Shown here one piece after another: positions 17,745 through 26,755 of a stretch of DNA of 61,708 nucleotides. The translations under genes and the position numbers were made by a program. Each line of letters opens with the position of its first letter. The stretch's first letter is position 1. Source of the DNA: Candidatus Pacearchaeota archaeon. Lineage in GTDB: Archaea; Nanobdellota; Nanobdellia; Pacearchaeales; GW2011-AR1. The stretch is from NCBI GenBank assembly GCA_016186425.1, contig JACPLR010000009.1:1-61708 (forward strand), in the 5' to 3' direction. The notes beneath the pieces are model-generated. The model made no database searches and was not told the origin of the DNA. It saw only the letters and a list, made by a program, of their open reading frames with translations.

Positions 17745-19157
17745 ATGAAAAAAAGTTTGTTAATATTATTTGCTGTTATCTTAGCGTCATATATAGTTAT
17801 TGCTCAATCACCTGATATAAAAATTCAGGTGTCAACAACTAAAGAATCCTTTCAGCCAGGAGAGAACATAACGCTAAAAGTAGCTCTTTTAGATTCCCAA
17901 AATTCCCCCATTAATACCAATGTGAATCTTATATTTGAGAATGCTGATAAGACAAAAAAAATAGAAAAAACCTTGCAAACAAATACATTAGTAGATCTTG
18001 ATTTAGGAGAGGGGGTTTCAGCAGGATACTGGTCTGTAATTGCCAGTTATAATAGCATGGAATCTAAAGCAATTTTTAACATAGAAACAAATGAGGCAGC
18101 ATTTTTCTCTTTAGATAACGACATGTTAACTATAACAAATAACGGAAATTCAAGATATACAAAAACAATACAAATTTTAATTGGAGATACTCTTGGAACA
18201 AAGGATGTTGATTTAAATGTAGGAGAAAAAGTAAGTTTCAGACTAATTGCGCCAGAAGGAAATTATAATATAAGAATAACAGACGGAAAAACAACCTTGA
18301 CAAGGGGGAATGTCCAGCTAACAGGAGAGGTCATAGGCGTATTAGATGATCGTATACGCTCGCGTGCCCCAATTACTGGAGCAAGAGTTGAAGGAGGTAA
18401 TGAAGCAAGCACATTAAGTTTGATAAAAAACAATAAGATTGTTTATGCTTTCATTAATCTCTCAATGAATAAAATTTCTTGTATTATCCCCGCATATAAT
18501 GAAGAAAAGACAATAAAAGAAGTGCTAGATATTGTAACAAACCACGAATTAATTGGAGAAGTAATTGTTATAAATGATGGTTCTAAGGATAACACCCATA
18601 ATATATTAAAAGAAATAAAAGGTATTAAGTTAATAAATAATGCAACAAATATAGGAAAAAGCGCTTCAGTTGCTAAAGGCATTAAATTATCTAAAAACAG
18701 GATAATAATGCTTCTTGATGCAGACCTAATTAATTTGAATAAAGAACATATAACAAATCTTGCAAAACCTGTTTTAAATAATGAGGTGGATATGAGTATT
18801 GGCAGGACAAAAACTACTGAAGCAATCTATAAGCTAAATGTTATTAACAAAATTTTTGAGGATTTTGCTTCCGGACAAAGAGTTTTTAATAAAAAAATAG
18901 TAAATAATTTAGAAGAACTTATGAAAATACCAGGGTATTGCCTAGAGATTAGCTTAAATAAAAAAGTAGTAGAATATAACCTTAAAATAAAAATAATTAA
19001 ATGGAATAATGTAATCGCTATTAGTAAAATAGAAAAAGAGGGGTTAGTTAGCGGAATAAAAAAGGATCTTTCTGCAATAAAAGAAATAATAAATGAAAAT
19101 GGGCTTAATGATCTAATTTACCAAAATTATAAGCTAAAAAGACAAATAGAAAGATAA
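17745..19157 (+). CDS. Chimeric ORF: secreted Ig/CARDB-like N-terminal half fused in frame to a GT2 glycosyltransferase
   Basis: Signal peptide MKKSLLILFAVILASYIVIAQ. An internal M241 at nt 18465 begins a typical GT2 start, MNKISCIIPAYNEEKTI...VINDGSKDNT...LLDADL. Confidence 0.6.
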   Translation: MKKSLLILFAVILASYIVIAQSPDIKIQVSTTKESFQPGENITLKVALLDSQNSPINTNVNLIFENADKTKKIEKTLQTNTLVDLDLGEGVSAGYWSVIASYNSMESKAIFNIETNEAAFFSLDNDMLTITNNGNSRYTKTIQILIGDTLGTKDVDLNVGEKVSFRLIAPEGNYNIRITDGKTTLTRGNVQLTGEVIGVLDDRIRSRAPITGARVEGGNEASTLSLIKNNKIVYAFINLSMNKISCIIPAYNEEKTIKEVLDIVTNHELIGEVIVINDGSKDNTHNILKEIKGIKLINNATNIGKSASVAKGIKLSKNRIIMLLDADLINLNKEHITNLAKPVLNNEVDMSIGRTKTTEAIYKLNVINKIFEDFASGQRVFNKKIVNNLEELMKIPGYCLEISLNKKVVEYNLKIKIIKWNNVIAISKIEKEGLVSGIKKDLSAIKEIINENGLNDLIYQNYKLKRQIER

Positions 19158-19175
19158 AGGTATTTTATTTTCATA

Positions 19176-19511
19176 TTAAATTCTCCAGATAAACCACCAG
19201 GATAAAATAGCAATTACTATCCCAATAATGTAACTTATGGGAATTTTTATTATTCCTAAATTCAACCAAGGGTAATAATTTGCAAATTTTGGATTGAAAG
19301 AATCTTTGAACTTAATTTCTTTGTTAAAAACAAACCAGAGAAAATCTTCTATAACCAAACCTGTAGTAAAAGCGCTTAAAATAATTCCAAAAAGCTTAAT
19401 ATCAAAACCATAAATAATAAATGGAAGGGTTAAAAGCAATGGCCACATTAGAAAAAATACGAAAAATGATATTGTGGAAGGCAATATTTCTTTGTTATTT
19501 GTATTTTCCAC
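19176..19511 (-). CDS. Multi-pass membrane protein (hypothetical)
   Basis: Three to four hydrophobic segments in 111 aa. Confidence 0.45.
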   Translation of the reverse strand: MENTNNKEILPSTISFFVFFLMWPLLLTLPFIIYGFDIKLFGIILSAFTTGLVIEDFLWFVFNKEIKFKDSFNPKFANYYPWLNLGIIKIPISYIIGIVIAILSWWFIWRI

Positions 19512-19708
19512 CCAACTTTTCTTCTATCCCAAGGATATTTTCCTTCAACAGAAGACTCCCAGAAAGCCATGGCGATAAATGCAGCCCAAACCCAAATGAA
19601 AATCAAGATAATATTCATAATGTAAAAAAGAATACGGTATTTAATAACTTATCGAAAAAGAGTATCTGCTTAGCTTTCTGAAGTTGTCTGTAGATAAATA
19701 AAAATGAT

Positions 19709-19885
19709 AAAACGGGTTAATGCCCTTTAGGCATAACTATTGTTGCCATTAAGTTAATTTAAATATCCAATAGCTCATGTTAAATTTCTCTAAACGAGAA
19801 ATTTAGTATTGTAATGATTCAAGATTTTGAAAACATGCCATATCCTTGCCTCATTTATAATAAGAAAGCTGCTGAAGTTAGGTAT
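19709..19885 (+). repeat. Family-A intergenic repeat, full-length copy
   Basis: aaaacgggttaatgccctttaggcataactattgttgccattaagttaatttaaatatcc, then hairpin aaatttctc-taaac-gagaaattt at 19782-19804, then agtattgtaatgattcaagattttgaaaacatgccatatccttgcctcattt. Confidence 0.7.
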
Positions 19886-19990
19886 ATTAAATAAAGACTG
19901 CTTTTATTTTTATAAGTTATATGCTAAAAATTGTTCCATATCTGAGCTTCAGAAAGCTAAGCTCTTCCGAAAAAGACTAAAGGCAATAAT

Positions 19991-21088
19991 TTATTTTTTA
20001 AATCCATCAATTATTTTAGCAATTTTTCTAACGCTCTCCTGAGTTTTCCACTTGGGTTTGAAACCTTTGGTTCTTTTAATATTTCCTAATAATTTTGCTA
20101 AATCAAAATCTTTTTCAGAGTTAAAAGAAGAAAAATATCCTTTTTCATTAAGGGATTTAGCTAAATATTCTTGTTCTGTCTGCTTTGGTGTCGGAGCAAA
20201 TAACCCTTTCTTATCTAATTCTGCAAGATCCATAACAGTTGTATAACCACTTCTAGAAATAACAATTTTAGCTCTATTCATAAGCTTGTTTCTTAGTTTT
20301 CCTGAAGCATAAGAATAAATTTCAATATTATTTTCTTTATTAACCTTATGATACATTTGAGTAGTATCTCCCAACACAAAAATCTTTTTGCCTTTTAACT
20401 TTTTGCTTTGCTCAATAAGGCTATTAACAAAAGTATATTTAGTATCTAAAAGAAATCCGCTAATTATAAAATAATAATCAATATCTTGTTTTATTTTCTC
20501 TTTTTTATAAGACGACAAAATTCCAATATATTTATGTAAAAGTTTATTTGCATGTTTATTATGGGAAAGCTTGCCTGATAAATTTCTTTTATCCTCAAAA
20601 TCAAGAATAAAAACTAAATCATATTTATTTAAACAGCGATAATTATAAAAATTCACAATTTTAGAGAAAATTTTTATTGGTCCTGATAACAAGATATCAA
20701 CCATATGAGTTAAAACAAAAGAAGGAATATCTTTATCATAAAATCCGTATCTGCAATCAGAAATAATCAAATTAATATTATGTTTCTTAATTAATTCATT
20801 GCAAAAATTCTTTTCTTTTTTTACAGAAAGGGCAGCTTTAAACGCATCCTTAAATATATATAAATAAAAATTAATTCCAGAACCCCTCAAAAGTGGAGGA
20901 AATCCTTCGAAATTATAAAAATCTATGTTTTTATTATTTTTAAATTCACTTTTAAGGAAACTTAGGGCATTCCCAGTTGAAACAATATATACTTTGTTAT
21001 TTTTAGCATAATGCTCAATTAAAGGCAAGCTTCTAGTAGCATGGCCTAATCCTAGTGAATTAACTGCAAATAGTATATTCTTGTTCAT
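19991..21088 (-). CDS. GT-B glycosyltransferase (MurG/GT28/MGT-like)
   Basis: N-terminal FAVNSLGLGHATRSLPLI. The C-terminal region is nucleotide-sugar-binding-like (SRSGYTTVMDLA). Confidence 0.7.
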   Translation of the reverse strand: MNKNILFAVNSLGLGHATRSLPLIEHYAKNNKVYIVSTGNALSFLKSEFKNNKNIDFYNFEGFPPLLRGSGINFYLYIFKDAFKAALSVKKEKNFCNELIKKHNINLIISDCRYGFYDKDIPSFVLTHMVDILLSGPIKIFSKIVNFYNYRCLNKYDLVFILDFEDKRNLSGKLSHNKHANKLLHKYIGILSSYKKEKIKQDIDYYFIISGFLLDTKYTFVNSLIEQSKKLKGKKIFVLGDTTQMYHKVNKENNIEIYSYASGKLRNKLMNRAKIVISRSGYTTVMDLAELDKKGLFAPTPKQTEQEYLAKSLNEKGYFSSFNSEKDFDLAKLLGNIKRTKGFKPKWKTQESVRKIAKIIDGFKK

Positions 21089-21092
21089 TTGT

Positions 21093-21809
21093 TTAATTAA
21101 ATTCTTTTATACTGGTCTCTCCATGAAGTTTATAATTAATAATCTGCCTAGAATAATCTCCTAAAATCATTTTATAACTCCATTCATAAATATACTTTAT
21201 AACGATATTAATTCTTCCATCATTATCAAATCTACGTACGTCCAAAAAAATTGGTTTGTCTTTTAGCATTTTAAACTTTCCAAGATTAAAACAATCCCTA
21301 ACAAATGCATGATCCTCACTGATAACAAATTGTTCATTAAATCCCCCTATCTGATTAAATATCTCTTTTTTAACAAATATGCAAGCTCCTCCAGCATATG
21401 GCGCAAAATGCTGCATGATAAACATTCCATAATTAGCAGCAGAGAACATTAATTTATCAAAAACTCTTTCAGAAATAGGCCTAAAAAAAGAGGCAGCACA
21501 TACTGCCATACTTCTATTAAATTCTTCAATGCTTTTTTTCAAAAAATCTCTTGGCAGAACCACATCTGCATCTAAAAATAATAATAATTCTCCTCTCGCA
21601 ACTCTTGCTCCATTATTTCTTCCAACACTCGGCAATCCACCATCAACAATCCTGCAACCATATGCTTCAGCAATTTCCCTAGTTCTATCAGTAGATTGTG
21701 CATCTGAAACAATGACTTCAAAGTTTTGATAATTTTGTTTCACTAAAGAATCCAAAATTCTTGGCAGGCATTTCTCTTCATTTTTTGTTATAATAATTAT
21801 GCTTAACAT
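21093..21809 (-). CDS. GT2-family glycosyltransferase
   Basis: MLSIIIITKNEEKCLPRILDSL...VIVSDAQSTDRT...LFLDADV (DxD). Confidence 0.8.
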   Translation of the reverse strand: MLSIIIITKNEEKCLPRILDSLVKQNYQNFEVIVSDAQSTDRTREIAEAYGCRIVDGGLPSVGRNNGARVARGELLLFLDADVVLPRDFLKKSIEEFNRSMAVCAASFFRPISERVFDKLMFSAANYGMFIMQHFAPYAGGACIFVKKEIFNQIGGFNEQFVISEDHAFVRDCFNLGKFKMLKDKPIFLDVRRFDNDGRINIVIKYIYEWSYKMILGDYSRQIINYKLHGETSIKEFN

Positions 21810-21815
21810 TTTAAT

Positions 21816-22574
21816 TTAAAGATTAAAAACTTTATTTTGATCAAAAAAATCTCCAATTGAATGAATTATTCTGTCTCTATCTGGAGAATAAAAAGGATTG
21901 TGGTATCCATTATTAATAATTAAAAATTTCTTCTTTTGTGATTTAAATTTATTATAAATTTTTTGAGAATCATTAATCTTTCCTAAAAAACTATATTCAG
22001 AATGAATTAATAAAAACGGGATATTAATTAATTGTGCTGATTCGTTAGCTATTTTAATTCCATATCTTCCTATAGAAAGCCCATTTATATGGTTTTGTAA
22101 ATAATAAAAATGGTGTTTAGTTCTTCCATTAAGTTTCCCCCTTCGTTTACCCCAATATTTTTTAATTAAGCTTAAATTATCTGTTATTTCTAAATTAATA
22201 GGAAATCTAAGTTTGCTTGGCATTGAAATAACAAAAAGTCCTTTAACAGGATATTTAGCTGCAAGCTGTATTGCTAAATAAGCCCCAAAACTAATGCCTC
22301 CAATAATAATCTCTCTTCCTTTTTTTATCTCTTTTTTTAATTCTTCTTCAACCTGATTTAAAAAATCTTCATATTTTAGATTATCCAAAGATTGAATTGT
22401 TTCTCCATGGCCTATTAATCTAGGGATTGTAATTATTGCCTTAAATCTTCTATGTAGGTAATCAGCTAAGCCATTAAAATCAGTCGGACTTCCAGTATAT
22501 CCATGAATAATAAAAAATTCTTTTGTTGAATCTGATTTTAAATTAATTGGTTTTGCTAATGAATCAAATTCCAT
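21816..22574 (-). CDS. Alpha/beta-fold hydrolase (esterase/lipase-like)
   Basis: HGYTGSPTDF plus the nucleophile elbow GISFGA (GxSxG). Confidence 0.7.
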   Translation of the reverse strand: MEFDSLAKPINLKSDSTKEFFIIHGYTGSPTDFNGLADYLHRRFKAIITIPRLIGHGETIQSLDNLKYEDFLNQVEEELKKEIKKGREIIIGGISFGAYLAIQLAAKYPVKGLFVISMPSKLRFPINLEITDNLSLIKKYWGKRRGKLNGRTKHHFYYLQNHINGLSIGRYGIKIANESAQLINIPFLLIHSEYSFLGKINDSQKIYNKFKSQKKKFLIINNGYHNPFYSPDRDRIIHSIGDFFDQNKVFNL

Positions 22575-22631
22575 CTTAAGTTATTAATATTAATAATAAA
22601 AATAAGTTTATAAAACTATTTTTAACAAAAA

Positions 22632-22764
22632 AGCGGGGACCGGGACTCGAACCCGGGAAAAGTCGCTTACTGCTATTTCTACCAACACACCAGCTGCAGG
22701 TTCGGTTTTCCTTAAGAATTTACTCTCGAGAAATCGACCGCAGTAGCCGCTGTGCCATCCCCGC
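22632..22764 (-). tRNA. Intron-containing tRNA (133 nt); isotype unresolved
   Basis: On the minus strand: acceptor GCGGGGA/TCCCCGC, intact D arm GCAC-AGCGGCTA-CTGC, T arm CCGGG-TTCGAGT-CCCGG. About 60 nt of extra sequence interrupts the anticodon region, and I could not place the anticodon unambiguously. Confidence 0.7.
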
Positions 22765-22905
22765 ATAACCTTCAAAAAGCAAAATATGGCAATTATTTAA
22801 AGTTTCCCTATGTCCAAAGGTATGCAATCATCACTGACATATATTCAATAAGTTAATAACATATTAAAATCACTTAAACTATAAAGATTAACCTCTCAAC
22901 CAATT

Positions 22906-23160
22906 TTATTTTTTCGTAAAAAACTTGAGAATTACAATATAAATAATCACTACCACTAATCCAGAAATAAAAAAATTTGTTATTCCTTCAGCAATTCCTG
23001 AATAAATGAGATCAAAATCTAGAATATTAAAATAATTTAGAATAATGAAATTCTGGGTAAAAAGAGAATAAACAATAAGCAAGGCAACATGAATAATTGC
23101 AGATAAAAGCATAAGTTTCAAAAATGCATCAAAATACTTATTTTTCACTATTGAATTCAT
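22906..23160 (-). CDS. Small membrane protein (hypothetical)
   Basis: Three hydrophobic segments in 84 aa. Confidence 0.4.
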   Translation of the reverse strand: MNSIVKNKYFDAFLKLMLLSAIIHVALLIVYSLFTQNFIILNYFNILDFDLIYSGIAEGITNFFISGLVVVIIYIVILKFFTKK

Positions 23161-23275
23161 AATTATCTTATGAGAATTTATTATTTAAAGATATTGCCTT
23201 GCTTTAAAACTAACTAAAAAACCACTAAAATCAAGAATAAAAAGGTTTATATAATATTAAATATTATTAAATAAT

Positions 23276-23413
23276 ATGAAAAATAAATATAAATTAATTA
23301 GAAAAATAAGAAAAAATGGAACTAGTTTAGCAATAAATATACCTAAAGAAATTGTAGAAATTATGAATATAAAAGAAGGTGAACTAATAGAGATAGAAAT
23401 TAGTAAAATATAA
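23276..23413 (+). CDS. AbrB/SpoVT-type small DNA-binding protein (45 aa; too short for the ORF track)
   Basis: Translation MKNKYKLIRKIRKNGTSLAINIPKEIVEIMNIKEGELIEIEISKI. The GTSLAINIPKEIVE..GE.IEIE pattern is the swapped-hairpin AbrB signature. The stop is 1 nt before the next ATG. Confidence 0.5.
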   Translation: MKNKYKLIRKIRKNGTSLAINIPKEIVEIMNIKEGELIEIEISKI

Positions 23414-23414
23414 A

Positions 23415-24155
23415 ATGAAATTAACAAAAGAATTTGCCGAAATTATTGGTATGTTCGCTGCAGATGGATGTCTACAAGAAGAGTATATTTGTATGTGGGG
23501 GAATATTAATGAAGATAAAGAATACTATAATAAAATAGTTTGTCCTTTATTCTCGAAAGTTTTTGGTAAACAAGTAATTGCGCATGAAAAGAAAAGTAAT
23601 TCTGTCTATGGATTTTATATTTGTGATAAAAAAATCGTTTCAATTTTTAAAAATTTAGGTTTTTCAAAAAATAAGACTTATAATGTGAAAATTCCAAATA
23701 TAATAAAAGAAAGTGATAATAAAAAAATAATGGCTGGTTTTATAAGAGGTTTTACAGATTGCGACGGATGTTTAACATTCATGAAAAGGAAAGAGAAAGG
23801 ATATAGTAAATTCAAAAGAACATTCAATGCCTATCCAAGAATTTTAATTAATGTGGTATCAAAAAATATTATAGAAGACATAAGCGATTTATTAACAAAG
23901 TTAGAAATAGACCACTCAAGACATATATATAAAAATAAAAGATTAGGTTGGGGGGATCACCATGTCATAACTGTTAGAGGAATTATAGGATTAGAAAAAT
24001 GGAAAGAAAAAATAGGTTTTAACAGCCCAGCCAAACTAACAAAATATTTCATTTGGAAAAAATATGGATTTTGTCCAACTAATATTTCATTAAGTCAAAG
24101 AAAACTTATTTTAAACAATAAATTAGACCCTAATTCTTTTTATAGTCTACTTTAA
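23415..24155 (+). CDS. Free-standing double-motif LAGLIDADG homing-endonuclease-like protein
   Basis: Two LAGLIDADG motifs: IIGMFAADGC and FIRGFTDCDGC. Confidence 0.75.
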   Translation: MKLTKEFAEIIGMFAADGCLQEEYICMWGNINEDKEYYNKIVCPLFSKVFGKQVIAHEKKSNSVYGFYICDKKIVSIFKNLGFSKNKTYNVKIPNIIKESDNKKIMAGFIRGFTDCDGCLTFMKRKEKGYSKFKRTFNAYPRILINVVSKNIIEDISDLLTKLEIDHSRHIYKNKRLGWGDHHVITVRGIIGLEKWKEKIGFNSPAKLTKYFIWKKYGFCPTNISLSQRKLILNNKLDPNSFYSLL

Positions 24156-24161
24156 AAAAAA

Positions 24162-24236
24162 TGCTCCTGGTAGGATTTGAACCTACGACTTCCAGCTTAG
24201 AAGGCTGGCACTCTATCCAAGCTGAGTTACAGGAGC
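24162..24236 (-). tRNA. tRNA-Arg (anticodon TCT)
   Basis: On the minus strand: GCTCCTG..ACTC-AGCTTGGATA-GAGT, anticodon arm CCAGC-CTTCTAA-GCTGG, T arm GTAGG-TTCAAAT-CCTAC, CAGGAGC-A. Confidence 0.9.
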
Positions 24237-24317
24237 TTCTTATATGAAGATTATTAAAATAGAGTATATAAAAATTTACCTAAGTAAATTTTTATGGTAA
24301 ATAATGAGAAAATCAAA

Positions 24318-24509
24318 TTAAATAGTAACTCTTAAATAATATATCTCATCGCTAACTCTTTTAACTTCTTGAATTACTTCTAGAAATCCCGTTATTTTGC
24401 TGGCTAAAGTTCTATAATTCCCTTTAGATTTCTTTTCAATTGTATCTTGAATTAAATCATAATCTGTATTGCTCAGAGAGTTGCCTGGAATTTCATAATC
24501 TTTTTTCAT
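24318..24509 (-). CDS. Hypothetical small protein
   Basis: 63-aa ORF with no recognisable motif. Confidence 0.3.
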   Translation of the reverse strand: MKKDYEIPGNSLSNTDYDLIQDTIEKKSKGNYRTLASKITGFLEVIQEVKRVSDEIYYLRVTI

Positions 24510-24552
24510 TTTTAGATTAAATTAATTTAAGTTTAAATAATTTTGTATAATA

Positions 24553-25446
24553 TTAAACACTTACTTTCATCAAATCCTCCGCAATCTCAGTATTCTTAAA
24601 CACTTTTCTTGCCTCTTTCAAAAAATCATTTTCCTTTTTTTCATATTTCTGACTTAAGTGCATTAAAATAAGTTTCTTGGCATTAGATTTTTTAGCAGCC
24701 TGAGCAGCTTGCTTGGCAGTCATATGCTTGTATTGCTTGGCAGTTTCTTCTTCGTCAAGATATGTTGACTCACATATCAATAAATCTGCATTTTTAGCAA
24801 TTTTTTCTATGCTATTATTTATTTGAGTATCTAAAACAATGCTTACTTTTTTTCCCTTATTAATATAAGTCATTTCATTAGCCTTAATTTTCTTGCCATT
24901 AACAATAATATCTTTTCCTTGCTTTAATTTCTGCAATACCGGAGAACTCGGAATCTTCAATTTCTTCAGTTTATCTTTGTCAATTCTTATTTTGTCTTTC
25001 TCAACAAAACTATAAGCCAGGCATCTTGCATTATGCATCATTTCCTCAGCAAAAATTTCAAAGTCTTCTGATTCGAAAACCTTTCCGCTTGTTACTTCAT
25101 GAACCCTAACTTTTATATCGCCAACATGCACAAACATTTCTAAAATCTTCTGCATGAATTGTTTTGTTCCTTTCGGCCCGTAAATTTCCATTTCTTTATC
25201 ATACCCATTAAGAACCAGTGTTTGCAATAATCCTGGCAAACCTAAAATATGATCGCCATGCCAGTGAGTTATAAATATTCTTTTAACAGACATCGGACTT
25301 ATTCCTGCTTTCCTAAATTGTTTTTGAGTACCTTCACCACAATCAAAAAGCATAGCTTCAGCTTTATATTTCAGCAAAATAGCCGGATGATTTCTTCTCA
25401 GTGTAGGTATGGAACTGCCTGTTCCCAAAAAAATAATATCTACCAT
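24553..25446 (-). CDS. rnz: Ribonuclease Z (tRNA 3' endonuclease, metallo-beta-lactamase fold)
   Basis: IIFLGTGSSIPT...LFDCGEGT...ITHWHGDHILGLPGLL. Confidence 0.85.
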   Translation of the reverse strand: MVDIIFLGTGSSIPTLRRNHPAILLKYKAEAMLFDCGEGTQKQFRKAGISPMSVKRIFITHWHGDHILGLPGLLQTLVLNGYDKEMEIYGPKGTKQFMQKILEMFVHVGDIKVRVHEVTSGKVFESEDFEIFAEEMMHNARCLAYSFVEKDKIRIDKDKLKKLKIPSSPVLQKLKQGKDIIVNGKKIKANEMTYINKGKKVSIVLDTQINNSIEKIAKNADLLICESTYLDEEETAKQYKHMTAKQAAQAAKKSNAKKLILMHLSQKYEKKENDFLKEARKVFKNTEIAEDLMKVSV

Positions 25447-25559
25447 AATTTATATAAGAATAAATGCTTTAAATAACTTACATAATCAACCTATAATCTT
25501 AATTAAACTATAAAAATAAATAAATTAAAACTGCTTAAAATATAAAATTAACATCTCAA

Positions 25560-25690
25560 ACTAATAAAATCATGTTAAATTTCTCACAAAAGAGAAATTT
25601 AGTGTTATAGTGATTCAAAATTGTTCTGAAATCATGCAATATCCTTTCCTAATTTAAATGGGTAAGATACTGAAACTTATAATTTTAACA
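25560..25690 (+). repeat. Family-A intergenic repeat
   Basis: Hairpin aaatttctc-acaaaa-gagaaattt at 25577-25600 is followed by agtgttatagtgattcaaaattgttctgaaatcatgcaatatcctttcctaattt. Confidence 0.65.
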
Positions 25691-25861
25691 TAACTAATCC
25701 ACTTAAAAACTAGTAAAGCTATTAGAGTATTTTAAAAAATGTTCTTGAATCATTACAAGACCTCTACTTAATTTATATAATCAATCAACTCTAGTTTATC
25801 TTGCTAATTTTAAGGTATTTCCAGATTAAATCCACTAACTTTAGTTGGACTATTGGCCATT

Positions 25862-25935
25862 AAAGGAAGTTTCATAAAAGAAAACCTTGGCACCTAAAAG
25901 GAGATGTCATAAGAAGAACCTTGGTTCTTTTTATT
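25862..25935 (+). repeat. Family-B hairpin repeat, 2 units
   Basis: aaaggaagtttcataaaagaaaaccttggcacc plus aaaaggagatgtcataagaagaaccttggttctttttat. Confidence 0.6.
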
Positions 25936-26000
25936 ACGGCTAAAGCTAAATATCAAGACACCTATAGAATTTGGTGTCCATTAAAATCAAAAAAACTGGA

Positions 26001-26255
26001 CTATTTCTCTTCTTTCAAGGCTGTTGATGCTGGCGAAATAAAAACAATTGTATCTCCTCTCAAAAAAGTCAATCCTACATTTCGCTTAATTTCATTGTTC
26101 TGCATTTCCTTCGCATTGTCAAGAACAACGTTTATATGTATGTCAAAAGCAAGAAGTGTTCCAACCATCTGCTTTTCACTTTTTAACTGCACCAAAATTT
26201 CCTTGCCTTTCGAATGATTCAAAAGGTCAAGTGGCCTTTCAATTCCATTAACCAT
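26001..26255 (-). CDS. Sm-like (LSm/SmAP) RNA-binding protein, second paralog
   Basis: ILVQLKSEKQMVGTLLAFDIHINVVLDNAKE ... LTFLRGDTIVFISP. Confidence 0.8.
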   Translation of the reverse strand: MVNGIERPLDLLNHSKGKEILVQLKSEKQMVGTLLAFDIHINVVLDNAKEMQNNEIKRNVGLTFLRGDTIVFISPASTALKEEK

Positions 26256-26389
26256 AATAAGTTCTTATCTAAGAACTTTTTAAATCTTTGCCTTTTTTCC
26301 AAATTTTTTCAAAATTATTTGTGAAATTGAATAAAAAATATTTTAAATTTTTTAGAAAGGTATTTAAACCATTATTTAAACTAAATATC

Positions 26390-26755
26390 ATGAAAACAGG
26401 AAGAAAAATTTCCGGCGGAAAATATAAAAAGCAGAGAAAAAAGAAAAAATACGGGCTGCCTGGAGAAAAAAGAATTGTGAAACTAAAGGAAACTAAAAAG
26501 AAAACCCTAAGAATGCTAGGCGGGAATGTAAAAGTAGTCTTGCTTGGGAGCAATGAAATTAATGTTTTTGACAAAAAAAACGGAAAAGCAAAAAAAGTTA
26601 AAATAAAAAATGTTCTTGAAACGCCTTCAAATAGGTTTCTTGCAAGGCAGAATGTCTTGACTAAAGGGGCGATTGTTGAAACCGAGCTCGGAAAGGCAAA
26701 AATTACAAGCAGGCCAGGCCAAGAGGGCACAATACAAGGAATTTTAGTAGAGTAA
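26390..26755 (+). CDS. rps8e: 30S ribosomal protein S8e (eS8)
   Basis: MKTGRKISGGKYKKQRKKKKYGLPGE...VLTKGAIVETELGKAKITSRPGQEG. The 26288 start in the ORF track adds an implausible Phe/Lys-rich leader. Confidence 0.8.
   Translation: MKTGRKISGGKYKKQRKKKKYGLPGEKRIVKLKETKKKTLRMLGGNVKVVLLGSNEINVFDKKNGKAKKVKIKNVLETPSNRFLARQNVLTKGAIVETELGKAKITSRPGQEGTIQGILVE

Noticed and set aside
19827-20042. 71-aa ORF from the track (also 25921-26217, 19421-19681 and 57910-58191).
   Set aside because: These ORFs start inside family-A or family-B repeat sequence, or in spacer DNA, and run into the 3' end of a real gene on the opposite strand. There is no motif and no start-site context.
25899-25912. Mini-ORF ATG-TCA-TAA preceded by AAAGGAG inside family-B units (also at 48005, and in the reverse-orientation units at 57590-57610 and 7395-7412).
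   Set aside because: The SD-like purine run abuts the ATG with no spacer. Several family members lack the ATG altogether (aaaggaaagtttcataaag, aagggaagcgtcataag). The resemblance is therefore probably incidental.
26288-26389. N-terminal extensions suggested by the longest-ORF starts for rps8e (26288), ndk (47060), bud32 (54398), the RHH gene (27865), the FNR gene (9976 TTG) and the wHTH-Nudix gene (6523 TTG).
   Set aside because: The extensions are Phe/Lys/Ile-rich junk or overlap upstream genes. The internal ATGs give N-termini matching the conserved family starts (MKTGRK.., MTIQKTLVLIKPDG.., MAEQKTKLIQQGAEA.., MRARYVNVSI..).
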